Shown here: piece by piece, positions 17,812 through 27,101 of the stretch
How positions within the stretch are numbered: the first letter of the stretch is position 1
Layout: each line of letters opens with the position of its first letter
Assembly: GCA_043822305.1 (NCBI GenBank)
Contig: JBDRBU010000070.1
Span: 1 to 27,136 of the forward strand
Origin: Candidatus Firestoneibacteriota bacterium
GTDB taxonomy: Bacteria > Oederibacteriota > D2-FULL-39-29 > JBDRBU01
Reading direction: 5' to 3'
DNA length: 27,136 nt
The notes under the pieces: generated by a model
Seen by the model: only the letters and a program-made list of their open reading frames with translations
Told to the model about the DNA's origin: nothing
The model's database searches: none
Position numbers and translations under genes: made by a program

Positions 17812-18100
17812 TTATAAACAATGTTATCCACACCTGTGGATAACATAATGTTGATAACACTGATAAATTTTCTATCTTTAAAACACCTTATACAACATAC
17901 AAAACCCATAACATTTCTTGGACTTATCCACAGATATTAAGGTAATTGTTAATAACTCGTAAATATTTACTCAAGATGCTATGTCGCAACCCCTTTAATT
18001 TTTGTTTAAAATTTGACATAATACTTTATAACAAAAAACCGGATAATTTTCAATAATAAAATTAATTTTAATTTTATAGCATTGATTTTAAAAAATTAAA
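17812..18100. other. oriC: Putative replication origin (oriC): DnaA-box cluster plus AT-rich tract
   Basis: Perfect TTATCCACA at 17824-17832, 17835-17843 (reverse) and 17924-17932. Near matches at 17812-17820, 17849-17857 and 17947-17955. AT-rich tract about 17995-18100. Adjacent to mnmG-rsmG-parAB-parS. Confidence 0.72.
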
Positions 18101-18110
18101 ATGTTATAAT
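18082..18110 (+). promoter_or_regulatory. sigma70 extended -10 promoter, probably leaderless
   Basis: TTGATT-17 bp-(TGn)TATAAT, then 6 nt to ATG 18117, with no SD. Confidence 0.68.
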
Positions 18111-18116
18111 TCCCAT

Positions 18117-19253
18117 ATGATAGAACTAACCAAAAAAGAACTATACCTTAAAGCATTAAGAAATCAGGAATTTGAAGCATTAACCTGGGCACCAAATTTT
18201 GACTGGTGGTATCGGGTTAATAAAAAAAATAATACTATCCCTGAAAAATATCAGGGACTATCTAATAATGATTTAATAAAAAAAGTTGGTGGAACAATAT
18301 GGAGAAGAGTAGAAATTATTAAAGAGTCTTATGATAAATCTGTAAAAATTATCACAACTACAAAAAATAAAGGGGACTTACAAGAAGTAAAATATATTAC
18401 TCCTGTTGGAGAAGTTAGTACTGTTTATTCAAAAGCCCATGATGCCTCTGAAACTGAAACAATGTTTCTAAGCCAACATTTAATTAAAAAAGTAGAGGAT
18501 ATTAAAGTAGTAAAATATATGGTAGAATGCACTCACTACGAATTAGATTTATCCTCCTATTATAAAGAAATACAAGATGTAAAAGAAGATGGAATTGTTC
18601 TAACTTGTTTATCCTGTGTCCCGTATATTCAAGTAATGAAAACCGATATCGGTTATGAAAACGCATTTTATTTTCTTGCAGATTATCCTGATGAAATGAA
18701 TGATTTAATAAATACATATCATAAAAAATTTTTAGAGAGTTATAAACTTGCGAGTAATTCTCCTGTAGAAATAATATCAAATGGCGACAATATGGATTAC
18801 TTGACCTGTCCACCTGATTATTTTAAAAAATATGCTATTCCATATTACCAGGATGTTAAAAATATACTTCATGAAAAAGGAAAACTTGCTCAGGGACACT
18901 GGTGTGGTCGAACAAGTAAACTCATGGAATTAACAGGAGATTGTGGTCTTGATATAGTAGAAGCAATAACTCCAAAACCTATGACTGATTCAGATATTGT
19001 TGAATCACTTGAAATTTTACAAGGGAAGGTAGTTATTCAAGGCGGAATCCCTTCTGTTTTAATGTGCAACCAAGGAGGCACTCAACAAGATTTAATCAAT
19101 CATATAGAAAATTTACTTGGTAAAATTGGTAAAAGAAAAGGATTTATCCTTGGTATGGGTGATAATGTCCCCGCAGATGCAGATTTTGAAAGAGTAGCCA
19201 TTGTTTCAGATCTAGTAAAAAAATTCAATAAAGAAGTTTATAATTTTGTTTAG
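18117..19253 (+). CDS. Uroporphyrinogen decarboxylase / MtaA-CmuA family protein
   Basis: Motifs YITPVGEV, LIKKVEDIK, GDNMD, HWCG, IQGGIP, FILGMGDNVPADA fit the URO-D-like TIM barrel. Confidence 0.8.
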   Translation: MIELTKKELYLKALRNQEFEALTWAPNFDWWYRVNKKNNTIPEKYQGLSNNDLIKKVGGTIWRRVEIIKESYDKSVKIITTTKNKGDLQEVKYITPVGEVSTVYSKAHDASETETMFLSQHLIKKVEDIKVVKYMVECTHYELDLSSYYKEIQDVKEDGIVLTCLSCVPYIQVMKTDIGYENAFYFLADYPDEMNDLINTYHKKFLESYKLASNSPVEIISNGDNMDYLTCPPDYFKKYAIPYYQDVKNILHEKGKLAQGHWCGRTSKLMELTGDCGLDIVEAITPKPMTDSDIVESLEILQGKVVIQGGIPSVLMCNQGGTQQDLINHIENLLGKIGKRKGFILGMGDNVPADADFERVAIVSDLVKKFNKEVYNFV

Positions 19254-19351
19254 CCAAAATTTGGGTCATTCGCATATATCAGATTTAATGGCCTTATCTA
19301 TTTCAATGTCCTTATTTATTTCCTTTTTTAATTTTCTGATGTACCTTAAAA

Positions 19352-21670
19352 TCATTCCTTTTGTTTTCCTGTTTGGAATACTTTCATAACATTATCAGTA
19401 TGTCTTAAAATAATGTTTCCGTCCGCCTTATAAATCAATAAGAATCTTCCGAGATCATCCTTATCCATATAAATAACATTCCCTACTTCAGAATCTGATA
19501 TCTTTTCGACCCCGCTCCAATTTTTACCATCTTTAGAATAACACATCTCTACTCCTGAATAATAATTGCTATAATAAATAAAAAACTCATTATTGCTGCT
19601 ACATATCATTCTTAAATTTTCATAAGATCGCGGATATTTTCCGTCTTTTAAATAACTACTAAAAATATTTACAGGGTCGGTCCATGTTTTACCATCTTTT
19701 GATGATGATATATTAACATGGCTTTCGATATCCCGACTTCTTCTCTCTCCAGTTTTTTCAGAAGTTCCTGCTGACCATATTGCCCAATATATACCTTTTT
19801 TGTCTTTAACTAATTTACCCCGGCCTATACTATGTCCGTATGAATCATTGTGTTTTAAATTACTTATAATATATTTATCCTTATCCATTTTTAATCTGTC
19901 AAAATAATACACATAAAAGTAATACTTTTCAGGTCCAGTGTAATAAAACAAATCATTATCAATTACATCCACATATCTCCAATTACTCACTATATCAAAA
20001 TATATTTTGGAATTAAAACTTTCTTTCTCTATTGATACCGGATAACCCCAATTATTCAAATCTCTTGATTTACTAATAAAAAGGCCTCCTTTATCTTCTG
20101 AATGAACATCCCAACTTCTAGTTACATAACATCCTTTTGCAAAAAGCATGCAATAATCAGATTCCGAATTCTTATAAACAAGCATCGGGAATGAATCAAA
20201 GATAGATTCCATTTTTTTTGTATTTGGATAGTTCCAATTTTCCAGATCATCTTCCCTACACCATGCGATATTTATTATTTCATTATAATTTACCTTTTTT
20301 TTGGACCAATATGCAATTATATTTCCACTATTACGGGTAAACCTGAGATTTTCAATACTGTAGCCATCAGTTTTTGAAATGACTATAGGTTCGCTCCAAT
20401 TAATATTACTTTCGGAAAAAGGGGTTACCTGTTGATTCAAATAATTGGCCCTATCCTTACTTTTCTTAGGCCATTTATTTTCTTGTAAATTCTCGTTTTC
20501 TACATTTAATTTTGCTTCTGCGTCTTTAAGATTAGTCAGAATATCAAAGTACGGATAAATCTTATAATAGAAATGCTCTAATGAGTTTTTGTAATTAATA
20601 ATTGCTTCTTTATACTGTTTCATTTTGACACACATATCGGCAATTTTCCAATATAAGTTTCCGATTATTTGCCATTTTTTATTCATATCAGAACTAATGT
20701 TTTTCTCACGATGCAAATTAGTATCTATACTGCCTAATTTATCTATACCAACCTCTTTTTTATATTTCTCTATTTCTTCTTTAGTATATATCAAATTAAA
20801 TGTATTTATCGCTTGTTTATAATAATTAATCGCCTTATCATAATATTTTATATTTAACTCACCTATTTTACCCATTTCAATACTGATAATAAACATTTTT
20901 TCTTTATCAAGTGCGCCAAACTTTTCCAATATCCCGGAATTTTCTTCAATTGCATGATCATATTCTCCTAAATAATAATACATCTTCCCTACCCAATACA
21001 CAGCCTTATAGTAATTCTTATCGTTTGTTTTTGCCAACTTAAATTCCAAAAATGCTTCTTTATATTTCCCTTTATCAAAATAGTCTATACCATTATAATA
21101 ATGAGTTGCCGCATCTATTGAATCTGTGGGCAGATATTTAATACTTTCTTTTTCCTGATCGGTAATATTTATTTGTAGATTATTAATTATTTTAAATACC
21201 AGTTCTTTTTCCAAGGTAAAAATATCATTTGCATTTCCTTTCACCCACTCCACTCTAAGTAATTCACCCGTGGCAATATTTACAATATGCGATTCTATTT
21301 GTATTTGGTCATCTTTTTTTTCAAAACTTCCGTATAAAACCCAATCAACCTTAACAAACTTGCCGAAACCTTTTGCTGTTGTTTCATCTATCATTCCGCT
21401 TTTATGAAGTATTAATTCATCTATAAAATTCTGCATTCTTTCTCTTTCAAGCACTTGAAGCGAATTGGATTTTGACAGGTCGGTAATTAACATGTCAGCC
21501 AAACCTTTAGACAACCATACCCAGTCATTTCCGCGATTTACAAAATTCATAACTGCAATTGTTTTATAAGTTCCGGATTCAATAGAAAATCGTTCTTGTG
21601 CTCTTATCACATCAAAGGCTGATAAAATTAGAATAAACAGCAATATTATAATTTTATTTTGCTTTTTCAT
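19352..21670 (-). CDS. Secreted CsgG/FlgO-like domain + TPR + BNR/sialidase-like repeat protein
   Basis: Signal peptide. IAVMNFVN...WLSKGLADMLITDL...VLERERM indicates a CsgG/FlgO/TolB-N-like domain, followed by TPR helices and Asp-box-like motifs SRDLNNW, SKDGKTW, SKDGKNW. SD GAGGT favours ATG 21670. Confidence 0.7.
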   Translation of the reverse strand: MKKQNKIIILLFILILSAFDVIRAQERFSIESGTYKTIAVMNFVNRGNDWVWLSKGLADMLITDLSKSNSLQVLERERMQNFIDELILHKSGMIDETTAKGFGKFVKVDWVLYGSFEKKDDQIQIESHIVNIATGELLRVEWVKGNANDIFTLEKELVFKIINNLQINITDQEKESIKYLPTDSIDAATHYYNGIDYFDKGKYKEAFLEFKLAKTNDKNYYKAVYWVGKMYYYLGEYDHAIEENSGILEKFGALDKEKMFIISIEMGKIGELNIKYYDKAINYYKQAINTFNLIYTKEEIEKYKKEVGIDKLGSIDTNLHREKNISSDMNKKWQIIGNLYWKIADMCVKMKQYKEAIINYKNSLEHFYYKIYPYFDILTNLKDAEAKLNVENENLQENKWPKKSKDRANYLNQQVTPFSESNINWSEPIVISKTDGYSIENLRFTRNSGNIIAYWSKKKVNYNEIINIAWCREDDLENWNYPNTKKMESIFDSFPMLVYKNSESDYCMLFAKGCYVTRSWDVHSEDKGGLFISKSRDLNNWGYPVSIEKESFNSKIYFDIVSNWRYVDVIDNDLFYYTGPEKYYFYVYYFDRLKMDKDKYIISNLKHNDSYGHSIGRGKLVKDKKGIYWAIWSAGTSEKTGERRSRDIESHVNISSSKDGKTWTDPVNIFSSYLKDGKYPRSYENLRMICSSNNEFFIYYSNYYSGVEMCYSKDGKNWSGVEKISDSEVGNVIYMDKDDLGRFLLIYKADGNIILRHTDNVMKVFQTGKQKE

Positions 21671-22463
21671 TATTACAAACCTCAAGACGTTTTTGTATAA
21701 TTTGAATATTACGGTAATTGGGAAATAAATTCAGTATTGCTTCATAATCTATTTTTGCATGCCCATATTCTTTTTCTTCATAATAACTTTCGGCTTTCCA
21801 AAACAAAGCATCTGTGTTTGATGGGTCCATTTCCAAAATATTAATAAATTCTATAATAGCATGATCGTACATACATCCGTAATAATATTGAAGTCCTCTG
21901 ATATAATGAAAACTAATATCCGGTCTATTATCAATTTCATTTGTTTTTATCGTTTGCTTTTCTACGTTAAATCCTTTAATGATCCTATCTGAGAGATTTT
22001 TAACAAGATCTAGAATATCGGTTACTTTTCCGTCAATTTCCTCTGATTTTATTAATTTTGTTGTTTCAACCTCAAATAAGTGAGCATTAACCTTAATATC
22101 TAGATTATTTGAGGTAAAACCACCAAAAAGAATTAAATTTGCACCCAATATTTTCGCTATTTTTACCCTTGATTCTTGATCTGTAATGCCTGTTAATTGT
22201 AATTTTTGCTCTTTTAGAACTTCAATTAATCTTTGCCTTTCTGCAATTTTAATGTCTTTTAAACCAACTAAATTAGTCGTAATTATTTCCATTATCAAAC
22301 TTTCCAAGGGTTCATATTTTTTAATTCCGGTGGAATTTTCAAATGGTAAAACTGCAATTATTTTAAGATCAACAGTTTCTTTTTTTAATACTTTTTGCTG
22401 TCCGGCACACCCAAAAAACAGCTGGCATATTATTATTAAACAAATTATCTTTTTCATTTCCAT
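21654..22463 (-). CDS. CsgG/FlgO-like lipoprotein with C-terminal TPRs
   Basis: Lipobox FFGC. IAVLPFEN, IAERQRLIEVLKEQKL, IAKILGANLILFGGF, then TPR pattern ALFWKAESYY...AKIDYE. Confidence 0.75.
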   Translation of the reverse strand: MEMKKIICLIIICQLFFGCAGQQKVLKKETVDLKIIAVLPFENSTGIKKYEPLESLIMEIITTNLVGLKDIKIAERQRLIEVLKEQKLQLTGITDQESRVKIAKILGANLILFGGFTSNNLDIKVNAHLFEVETTKLIKSEEIDGKVTDILDLVKNLSDRIIKGFNVEKQTIKTNEIDNRPDISFHYIRGLQYYYGCMYDHAIIEFINILEMDPSNTDALFWKAESYYEEKEYGHAKIDYEAILNLFPNYRNIQIIQKRLEVCNNEKAK

Positions 22464-22746
22464 AAACCTTTTTAACCTTTCATCGAAAACTTTTAACTGA
22501 AAATGTCACTCTCAACATTTCATTATATTATACATTATTAAACTGGTTTTATAAAGGGAAATTAGATACAAAAAGAACAGTTATCGGTTTAAACGCTTTG
22601 GGAAGGTGCCATTCAACACAAATCTCTATTTTAATTTTGTATGGATTAGTTGCACCAAAGTGAAGAAACATATGCAAACTTGAGAATTGAGTTACTTCGA
22701 AAGTTATTTGAAATTCAGAAGAATGACTCCTTGCATAATATTTTTG

Positions 22747-22833
22747 GTAAGTATTCAGTGAAAGCCCTCTATTTTTTAATTCCCCCTTAATAAAGGGGGA
22801 ATACAATCCTCACGGCTTTCACTGACTATTTAC
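22747..22833 (-). mobile_element. MITE copy C (87 bp), empty form
   Basis: Its reverse complement equals copy A minus a 137-bp segment between CCCCCTTT repeats. 8-bp target duplication TATTTTTG at 22739-22746 and 22834-22841. Confidence 0.88.
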
Positions 22834-22839
22834 TATTTT

Positions 22840-22916
22840 TGGTAGCGCGTACGGGGCTTGAACCCGTCACCTCCACCTTGAGAGGGTGGCGTCCTAACCA
22901 ACTAGACGAACGCGCC
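22840..22916 (-). tRNA. tRNA-Glu, anticodon CTC, CCA encoded
   Basis: GGCGCGT acceptor stem, anticodon arm CCACC-CTCTCAA-GGTGG, T arm ACGGG-TTCAAGC-CCCGT, and 3' ACGCGCT-ACCA. Confidence 0.96.
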
Positions 22917-23037
22917 ACAGTTTATATATTATAACATATAGGATTTTAAAATGGTAGAATTTTTATTTTAGGACATAAATAAATTTATGCCAATTTTATG
23001 CCAGGCAGTAGCGTCAAATGGAATTTTATTATTTATC

Positions 23038-23727
23038 TTATTTGCCATACAAGTTATACTTTATTCCTGATAATACATTCGTAAAATATTTCTTTTTGTG
23101 TTCCGAATCGCATACTACACTCCACCCTATTTCTCTCTTATGAAAATCACTCTCAGTCTTATTACATATTACTAATGAAATAGAGGGTTTATCATTTCTT
23201 GATATTTCAATAGTATATGAAAGCCATATTGAAATTGTTTTTTTTATCCAGATTATATCAATTAACGCTTTCGGCATATGGGCATATCTTACTCTTGCTT
23301 CAAAATCCTCACCATAAATTTTGATATATTTTTTTAATATTTTAGAAAGATTATCTTGAAAATCTTTTTCATCCATCTTGGTATATAAACGAACACTTTT
23401 CAATTTTTTAAAATAAGGTTCATTATGACCACACATGATATACTCTATAAACTCTCTATTATCAAAAGAATAGTAAACTGAATCATATATATCTATAAAT
23501 ATTTTCTCATGAAAACTGTTATCGCTATCATTATACTGCAAATCGGGTTTAAGTTTTCTTAATTCCCTACCTAACATATTAATATGAATATTTTTAAGTC
23601 CTTCCGGTAAGTACATTTTTGATTCGATAATAAAGCCATCTTGCTCTTTATTTGATATATAAATAAAAATAAATATTACGACAACTACTAATAATAACAA
23701 ACACATTATAATTAATTTTTTATTCAT
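23038..23727 (-). CDS. Hypothetical protein with an N-terminal membrane anchor
   Basis: 229-aa ORF with a basic N-terminus and one hydrophobic helix. No recognised motif. Confidence 0.6.
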   Translation of the reverse strand: MNKKLIIMCLLLLVVVVIFIFIYISNKEQDGFIIESKMYLPEGLKNIHINMLGRELRKLKPDLQYNDSDNSFHEKIFIDIYDSVYYSFDNREFIEYIMCGHNEPYFKKLKSVRLYTKMDEKDFQDNLSKILKKYIKIYGEDFEARVRYAHMPKALIDIIWIKKTISIWLSYTIEISRNDKPSISLVICNKTESDFHKREIGWSVVCDSEHKKKYFTNVLSGIKYNLYGK

Positions 23728-23954
23728 AATATTACTTATATTTATTACTATTTTAATAATCTTTTAGAACCTGGATTATAAATTCCAGACACCAAATAAA
23801 AATCTTTCCTGTAATTTCCACGATTAAAGTTTTTCACCTATACTTATTATTTTTTTACTGCTCTACTAGGACATTTAATAAAAATCCATTTCATCAAAAT
23901 TAATTAATCCATTTTCTATCTTTATTATTTCCTTAAAACTACTTTTTTTTATTT

Positions 23955-25091
23955 TTATACTTTCCTATACTGGAACAAATTCAAATATTCATGCAACTCA
24001 AACGACCTGTTGCGAGAAAAACCTGTTGTTTCTTTCAATATTCCTAAAGATTCTAAATCATTTGTTAATCTTGCAGCTGTTACAAAAGAGATATTTAAAT
24101 CTTTTGATATCCGATGAACATTCGTTATAGGTTGAGAAAACATTTTATACACCAATTGCTGTCCAAGTTTTGCACGTCGACCTAACTCGACAAACTTTTG
24201 TTCATATTTCTGTCTAACATTTATTATTTTTTCTAATGTTGCCTTACTTTTTTTAGACGTTTCTATAACACCAGAAAGGAAAAATTTAATCCATTGTTCA
24301 ATATTATTTGATGCCCTAACTAATGTCAAAGCATCATAATAAGACCCTTTATTGCGGGCAAAAAAATCAGATAAATATAAAGTCGGTTTTTGCAATACCC
24401 CTTCTTCAACCAAATGCAGTGTTATAATCAATCTACCTATTCTTCCGTTACCATCACAAAAAGGATGGATTGTTTCAAACTGATAATGACTCATCGCAAC
24501 TTTTATTAAAAACGGGATATTTAAATCTTTATTATGCCAAAATTTTTCCAAATCCGACAAAAGTTCGGGTAACTCGTTTTGATGTGGTGGAATGAAAAAA
24601 GCATCCTGCAAATTTGATCCCCCTATCCAATTCTGACTAGTGCGTATTTCTCCGGGATTTTTATGCTCGCCTCTTGTCCTAGATAATAGTACTTTATGGG
24701 TTTGCTTTATTAGCCTAATAGAAAGAGGTAGTTCTTTTAATTCGGAAATAGCATAATTTATTGCTTTAATGTAATTATTAACTTCTTGCCAATCATCCAG
24801 TCTTTCTGGACTAACTTCCTTTTTTGGCAATAAAGCTTCATCAATTCCTGTTTTAGTACCTTCAATACGGCTTGATGTAGTTGCTTCTTTTGTAACATGC
24901 ATTTGAATAAAGTAATCAACATTAGGAACAAGTAATGAATAAGCATTTAACTCACCTAAAAATCTTACAGCTTCTTCCGATAGGATATTAATCTTTTTAT
25001 CATGCCATTCAAAAGGCTTATTGATAAAAGATGGGCTAAAACTCTTATATTGACATTGCTGTTTATATGTTCCTGCTATAAACTTTTCCAT
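23955..25091 (-). CDS. Fic family protein (Fic_N + Fic + probable C-terminal wHTH)
   Basis: [11 protein letters not shown] inhibitory-helix-like motif, catalytic [12 protein letters not shown], and a C-terminal HTH-like segment. Confidence 0.93.
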   Translation of the reverse strand: MEKFIAGTYKQQCQYKSFSPSFINKPFEWHDKKINILSEEAVRFLGELNAYSLLVPNVDYFIQMHVTKEATTSSRIEGTKTGIDEALLPKKEVSPERLDDWQEVNNYIKAINYAISELKELPLSIRLIKQTHKVLLSRTRGEHKNPGEIRTSQNWIGGSNLQDAFFIPPHQNELPELLSDLEKFWHNKDLNIPFLIKVAMSHYQFETIHPFCDGNGRIGRLIITLHLVEEGVLQKPTLYLSDFFARNKGSYYDALTLVRASNNIEQWIKFFLSGVIETSKKSKATLEKIINVRQKYEQKFVELGRRAKLGQQLVYKMFSQPITNVHRISKDLNISFVTAARLTNDLESLGILKETTGFSRNRSFELHEYLNLFQYRKV

Positions 25092-25098
25092 AATTATC

Positions 25099-25167
25099 TG
25101 AAAGTATAATATTCTATATTTTCACTTAAAGGCTAAACTGAAAATATAAATATTTATATTTTCAGTT
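25099..25167. promoter_or_regulatory. Tandem palindromic operators upstream of fic
   Basis: TGAAAGTATA-N6-TATATTTTCA at 25099-25124 and TGAAAATATA-N6-TATATTTTCA at 25139-25164. 25136-25167 is a perfect 32-bp palindrome. Confidence 0.65.
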
Positions 25168-25461
25168 ATTATTATAGTAATATTTATGGCTTTTTACAAG
25201 CAAAAAAGTATTTTCCTGTATGTTTTTTATGCCAAATAACACGAGGTATTTACAATCTTGAAAAGAGATAGGTCTATAAAAATTAGGGGGGTTTTTAATT
25301 ATCTCCATTTTATTTACATCTATAGCTTTAATATCACTGTTTGTCTCTATCCATATAATAGAAGAAGCACTAATAACACCAGAAAAGAACATAAAAATAA
25401 AGGAACTCATCAAAGTTTTACAATGTTTAATAATTTTCATTTTTTCCCATAAAAATAACAT
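25162..25461 (-). CDS. Short hypothetical protein, possibly a truncated secreted protein
   Basis: 99-aa ORF with a signal-peptide-like stretch. Its stop lies inside the fic palindrome. Confidence 0.3.
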   Translation of the reverse strand: MLFLWEKMKIIKHCKTLMSSFIFMFFSGVISASSIIWIETNSDIKAIDVNKMEIIKNPPNFYRPISFQDCKYLVLFGIKNIQENTFLLVKSHKYYYNNN

Positions 25462-25515
25462 AATATCCCCTTAATATATCAAGTTACGAAAAGAGAAAGC
25501 AAGAAAATTAAGATC

Positions 25516-26313
25516 TTATGTTAAAATCATTTTTAAGATTATCTCACGGTTTAGTAGTTTTAGTTCATTCTTGTCTTCTAAAAACCGTTCAACATCTTTG
25601 CAAACCAATTTAAAATTAATTTTCTTCAACTTATCTCCAATAAAATGCTTAAAATTATTGCTATTTATATTTAGATCTTCTTTCTCTGTTTGTTTAATAG
25701 CATTATTCAACAAAACATAATTAGGTTCAATCTTCTTACCAAGATACCAAATTAAATCATAAAAATCTCTGCCTTTGATATATCTTCTAAAGAAACAAGC
25801 ATGTAGCTTTGTTGCATATAAAGATGGCAAATCAAAACTATTAACTGCAAAAACAAATGTTTCTGTAACCGGTGTTAAAACTAAATTCCAGCCATTAGGT
25901 GGATTAGTATCTATTTCTAATTTTATGGAAAGTATTTGTGATCTGATCTTGCTTAAACCTAATTCATGAAGTAAGGATGGAAATTTAATAAAACTACTAT
26001 TTATTGTTTTATTTTTTTTATTATTTGTTGCAACTTTAAAATTATTTTTTGTTAATTCAAATACTATTTGTTCTAAAAAAGTCTTAAAATTATAATTTCT
26101 TTTATTAATTAAACTAAAATCTATATCCTCGCTATATCTACGCATTCCATACAAAACACGTAAAGCTGTTCCACCAACAAAAGCCACATTACTAAAAAAC
26201 CCCCTATCAAAGATAATTTTTAAAATAAAAATTTGCAAATACTCTCTTAATTTATTAATCTTGTTTTCATTATTTAATTCTAAGGAAATCTTCTGCTTTA
26301 ATAATTCATACAT
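25516..26313 (-). CDS. abiEii: AbiEii/AbiGii-family nucleotidyltransferase toxin (type IV TA)
   Basis: Motifs FVGGTALRVLYGMRRYSEDIDFS, IKLEIDTNP, KLHACFFR...KGRDFYDL. Its start overlaps the upstream stop (TAATG). Confidence 0.9.
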   Translation of the reverse strand: MYELLKQKISLELNNENKINKLREYLQIFILKIIFDRGFFSNVAFVGGTALRVLYGMRRYSEDIDFSLINKRNYNFKTFLEQIVFELTKNNFKVATNNKKNKTINSSFIKFPSLLHELGLSKIRSQILSIKLEIDTNPPNGWNLVLTPVTETFVFAVNSFDLPSLYATKLHACFFRRYIKGRDFYDLIWYLGKKIEPNYVLLNNAIKQTEKEDLNINSNNFKHFIGDKLKKINFKLVCKDVERFLEDKNELKLLNREIILKMILT

Positions 26314-26930
26314 TATTTTTTGACCTCCTGTATAATTCTTTTTAATTTTTTATCTTTAAAAATTTTAACATATTCTTGTAATCTTTTTGTATCTAAAATT
26401 TTCGTGTTTTGAAAACGAAAGGACTCATGTAATGTCTTTTTATAATCAATATTAAATCTATACTGATTAAAATAAAGAAAATCTACTACCGCTTTCTCGG
26501 GAGTAGCCATATAATAAGTAAGACCTACTTCATCTTTAAATTCTAAAAAACCAGCGAAACAATCAATCTTAATATGTTGATAAATAAATTTACCTAAAAT
26601 ATTTTCAAAGGTAGTAGTTTTTTTTGTGGTAATACATGTTATGTCTGTAACTTTTTCAGGGATAAGATCATAAAAAGATAGCGCATATTCCATACTCACA
26701 TATGAAGGATTGTAGATTTCATGAGAAATAAATAACCGGGATGGATTAATTCTTCGATCCTCATTACTTAAAATATAAAGATTTTTTCGTAACTTTAAAA
26801 TTTTCCCATTTTTTTGCCATCGGCTCATCTGGTTTTTAAACTGTTGGCTATACGCAAACAATAATTTTAAGAGTTCAATATTAATTACTGGAACATTCTT
26901 TACCTTCGCCTTAAATTCATCGTATTTCAT
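26313..26930 (-). CDS. abiEi: AbiEi-family antitoxin / transcriptional regulator
   Basis: N-terminal wHTH (SRWQKNGKILKLRKNLY), PSYVSMEYALSFYDLIPE, ATPEKAVVDFLY. SD GGTGG favours ATG 26930. Confidence 0.85.
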   Translation of the reverse strand: MKYDEFKAKVKNVPVINIELLKLLFAYSQQFKNQMSRWQKNGKILKLRKNLYILSNEDRRINPSRLFISHEIYNPSYVSMEYALSFYDLIPEKVTDITCITTKKTTTFENILGKFIYQHIKIDCFAGFLEFKDEVGLTYYMATPEKAVVDFLYFNQYRFNIDYKKTLHESFRFQNTKILDTKRLQEYVKIFKDKKLKRIIQEVKK

Positions 26931-26946
26931 AAAACCACCATTAGTG

Positions 26947-26988
26947 TTATTTCCGTAAATAATCATAAATGATTACTTATGGAAATAA
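26947..26988. promoter_or_regulatory. Inverted repeat upstream of abiEi, putative autoregulatory operator
   Basis: TTATTTCCGTAAATAATCAT-AA-ATGATTACTTATGGAAATAA, with arms matching 18/20. Confidence 0.65.
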
Positions 26989-27101
26989 GTATATATGAGA
27001 CTTCCTCAAGTTTAATGTAATATTTTTTATTATCTATAGTATATAATATGGTAACCTATATGTAAAGGAAAAAGTTTATACCTTTTAAAGGAGGTTACCA
27101 A

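Noticed and set aside
19265..19292. dif-like look of ATTCGCATATATCAGATTTAATGG
   Set aside because: It lacks the XerD arm TTATGTTAAAT, and an origin-proximal location argues against it.
22549..22806. 85-aa ORF downstream of the tRNA
   Set aside because: Its start and first codons come from MITE C, and it has no SD or motif. At most a remnant.
3017..22833. CRISPR or integron interpretation of the repeats
   Set aside because: There is no regular repeat-spacer periodicity, no cas or intI gene, and no RYYYAAC...GTTRRRY attC cores.
19352..22840. tRNA-anchored island holding the CsgG/TPR pair
   Set aside because: I found no duplicated tRNA 3' end and no integrase on that side.
23748..23830. Minus-strand peptide GNYRKDFYLVSGIYNPGSKRLLK* as an orphan toxin tip before an immunity gene
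   Set aside because: It is too short, matches no family I recognise, and has no start signal.
514..25969. Many short antisense or nested ORFs in the track (e.g. 514-840, 1212-1793, 5599-5895, 8871-9098, 15215-15517, 22186-22500, 25775-25969)
   Set aside because: They overlap well-supported genes, mostly on the opposite strand, and show no recognisable motifs. They are shadow ORFs.
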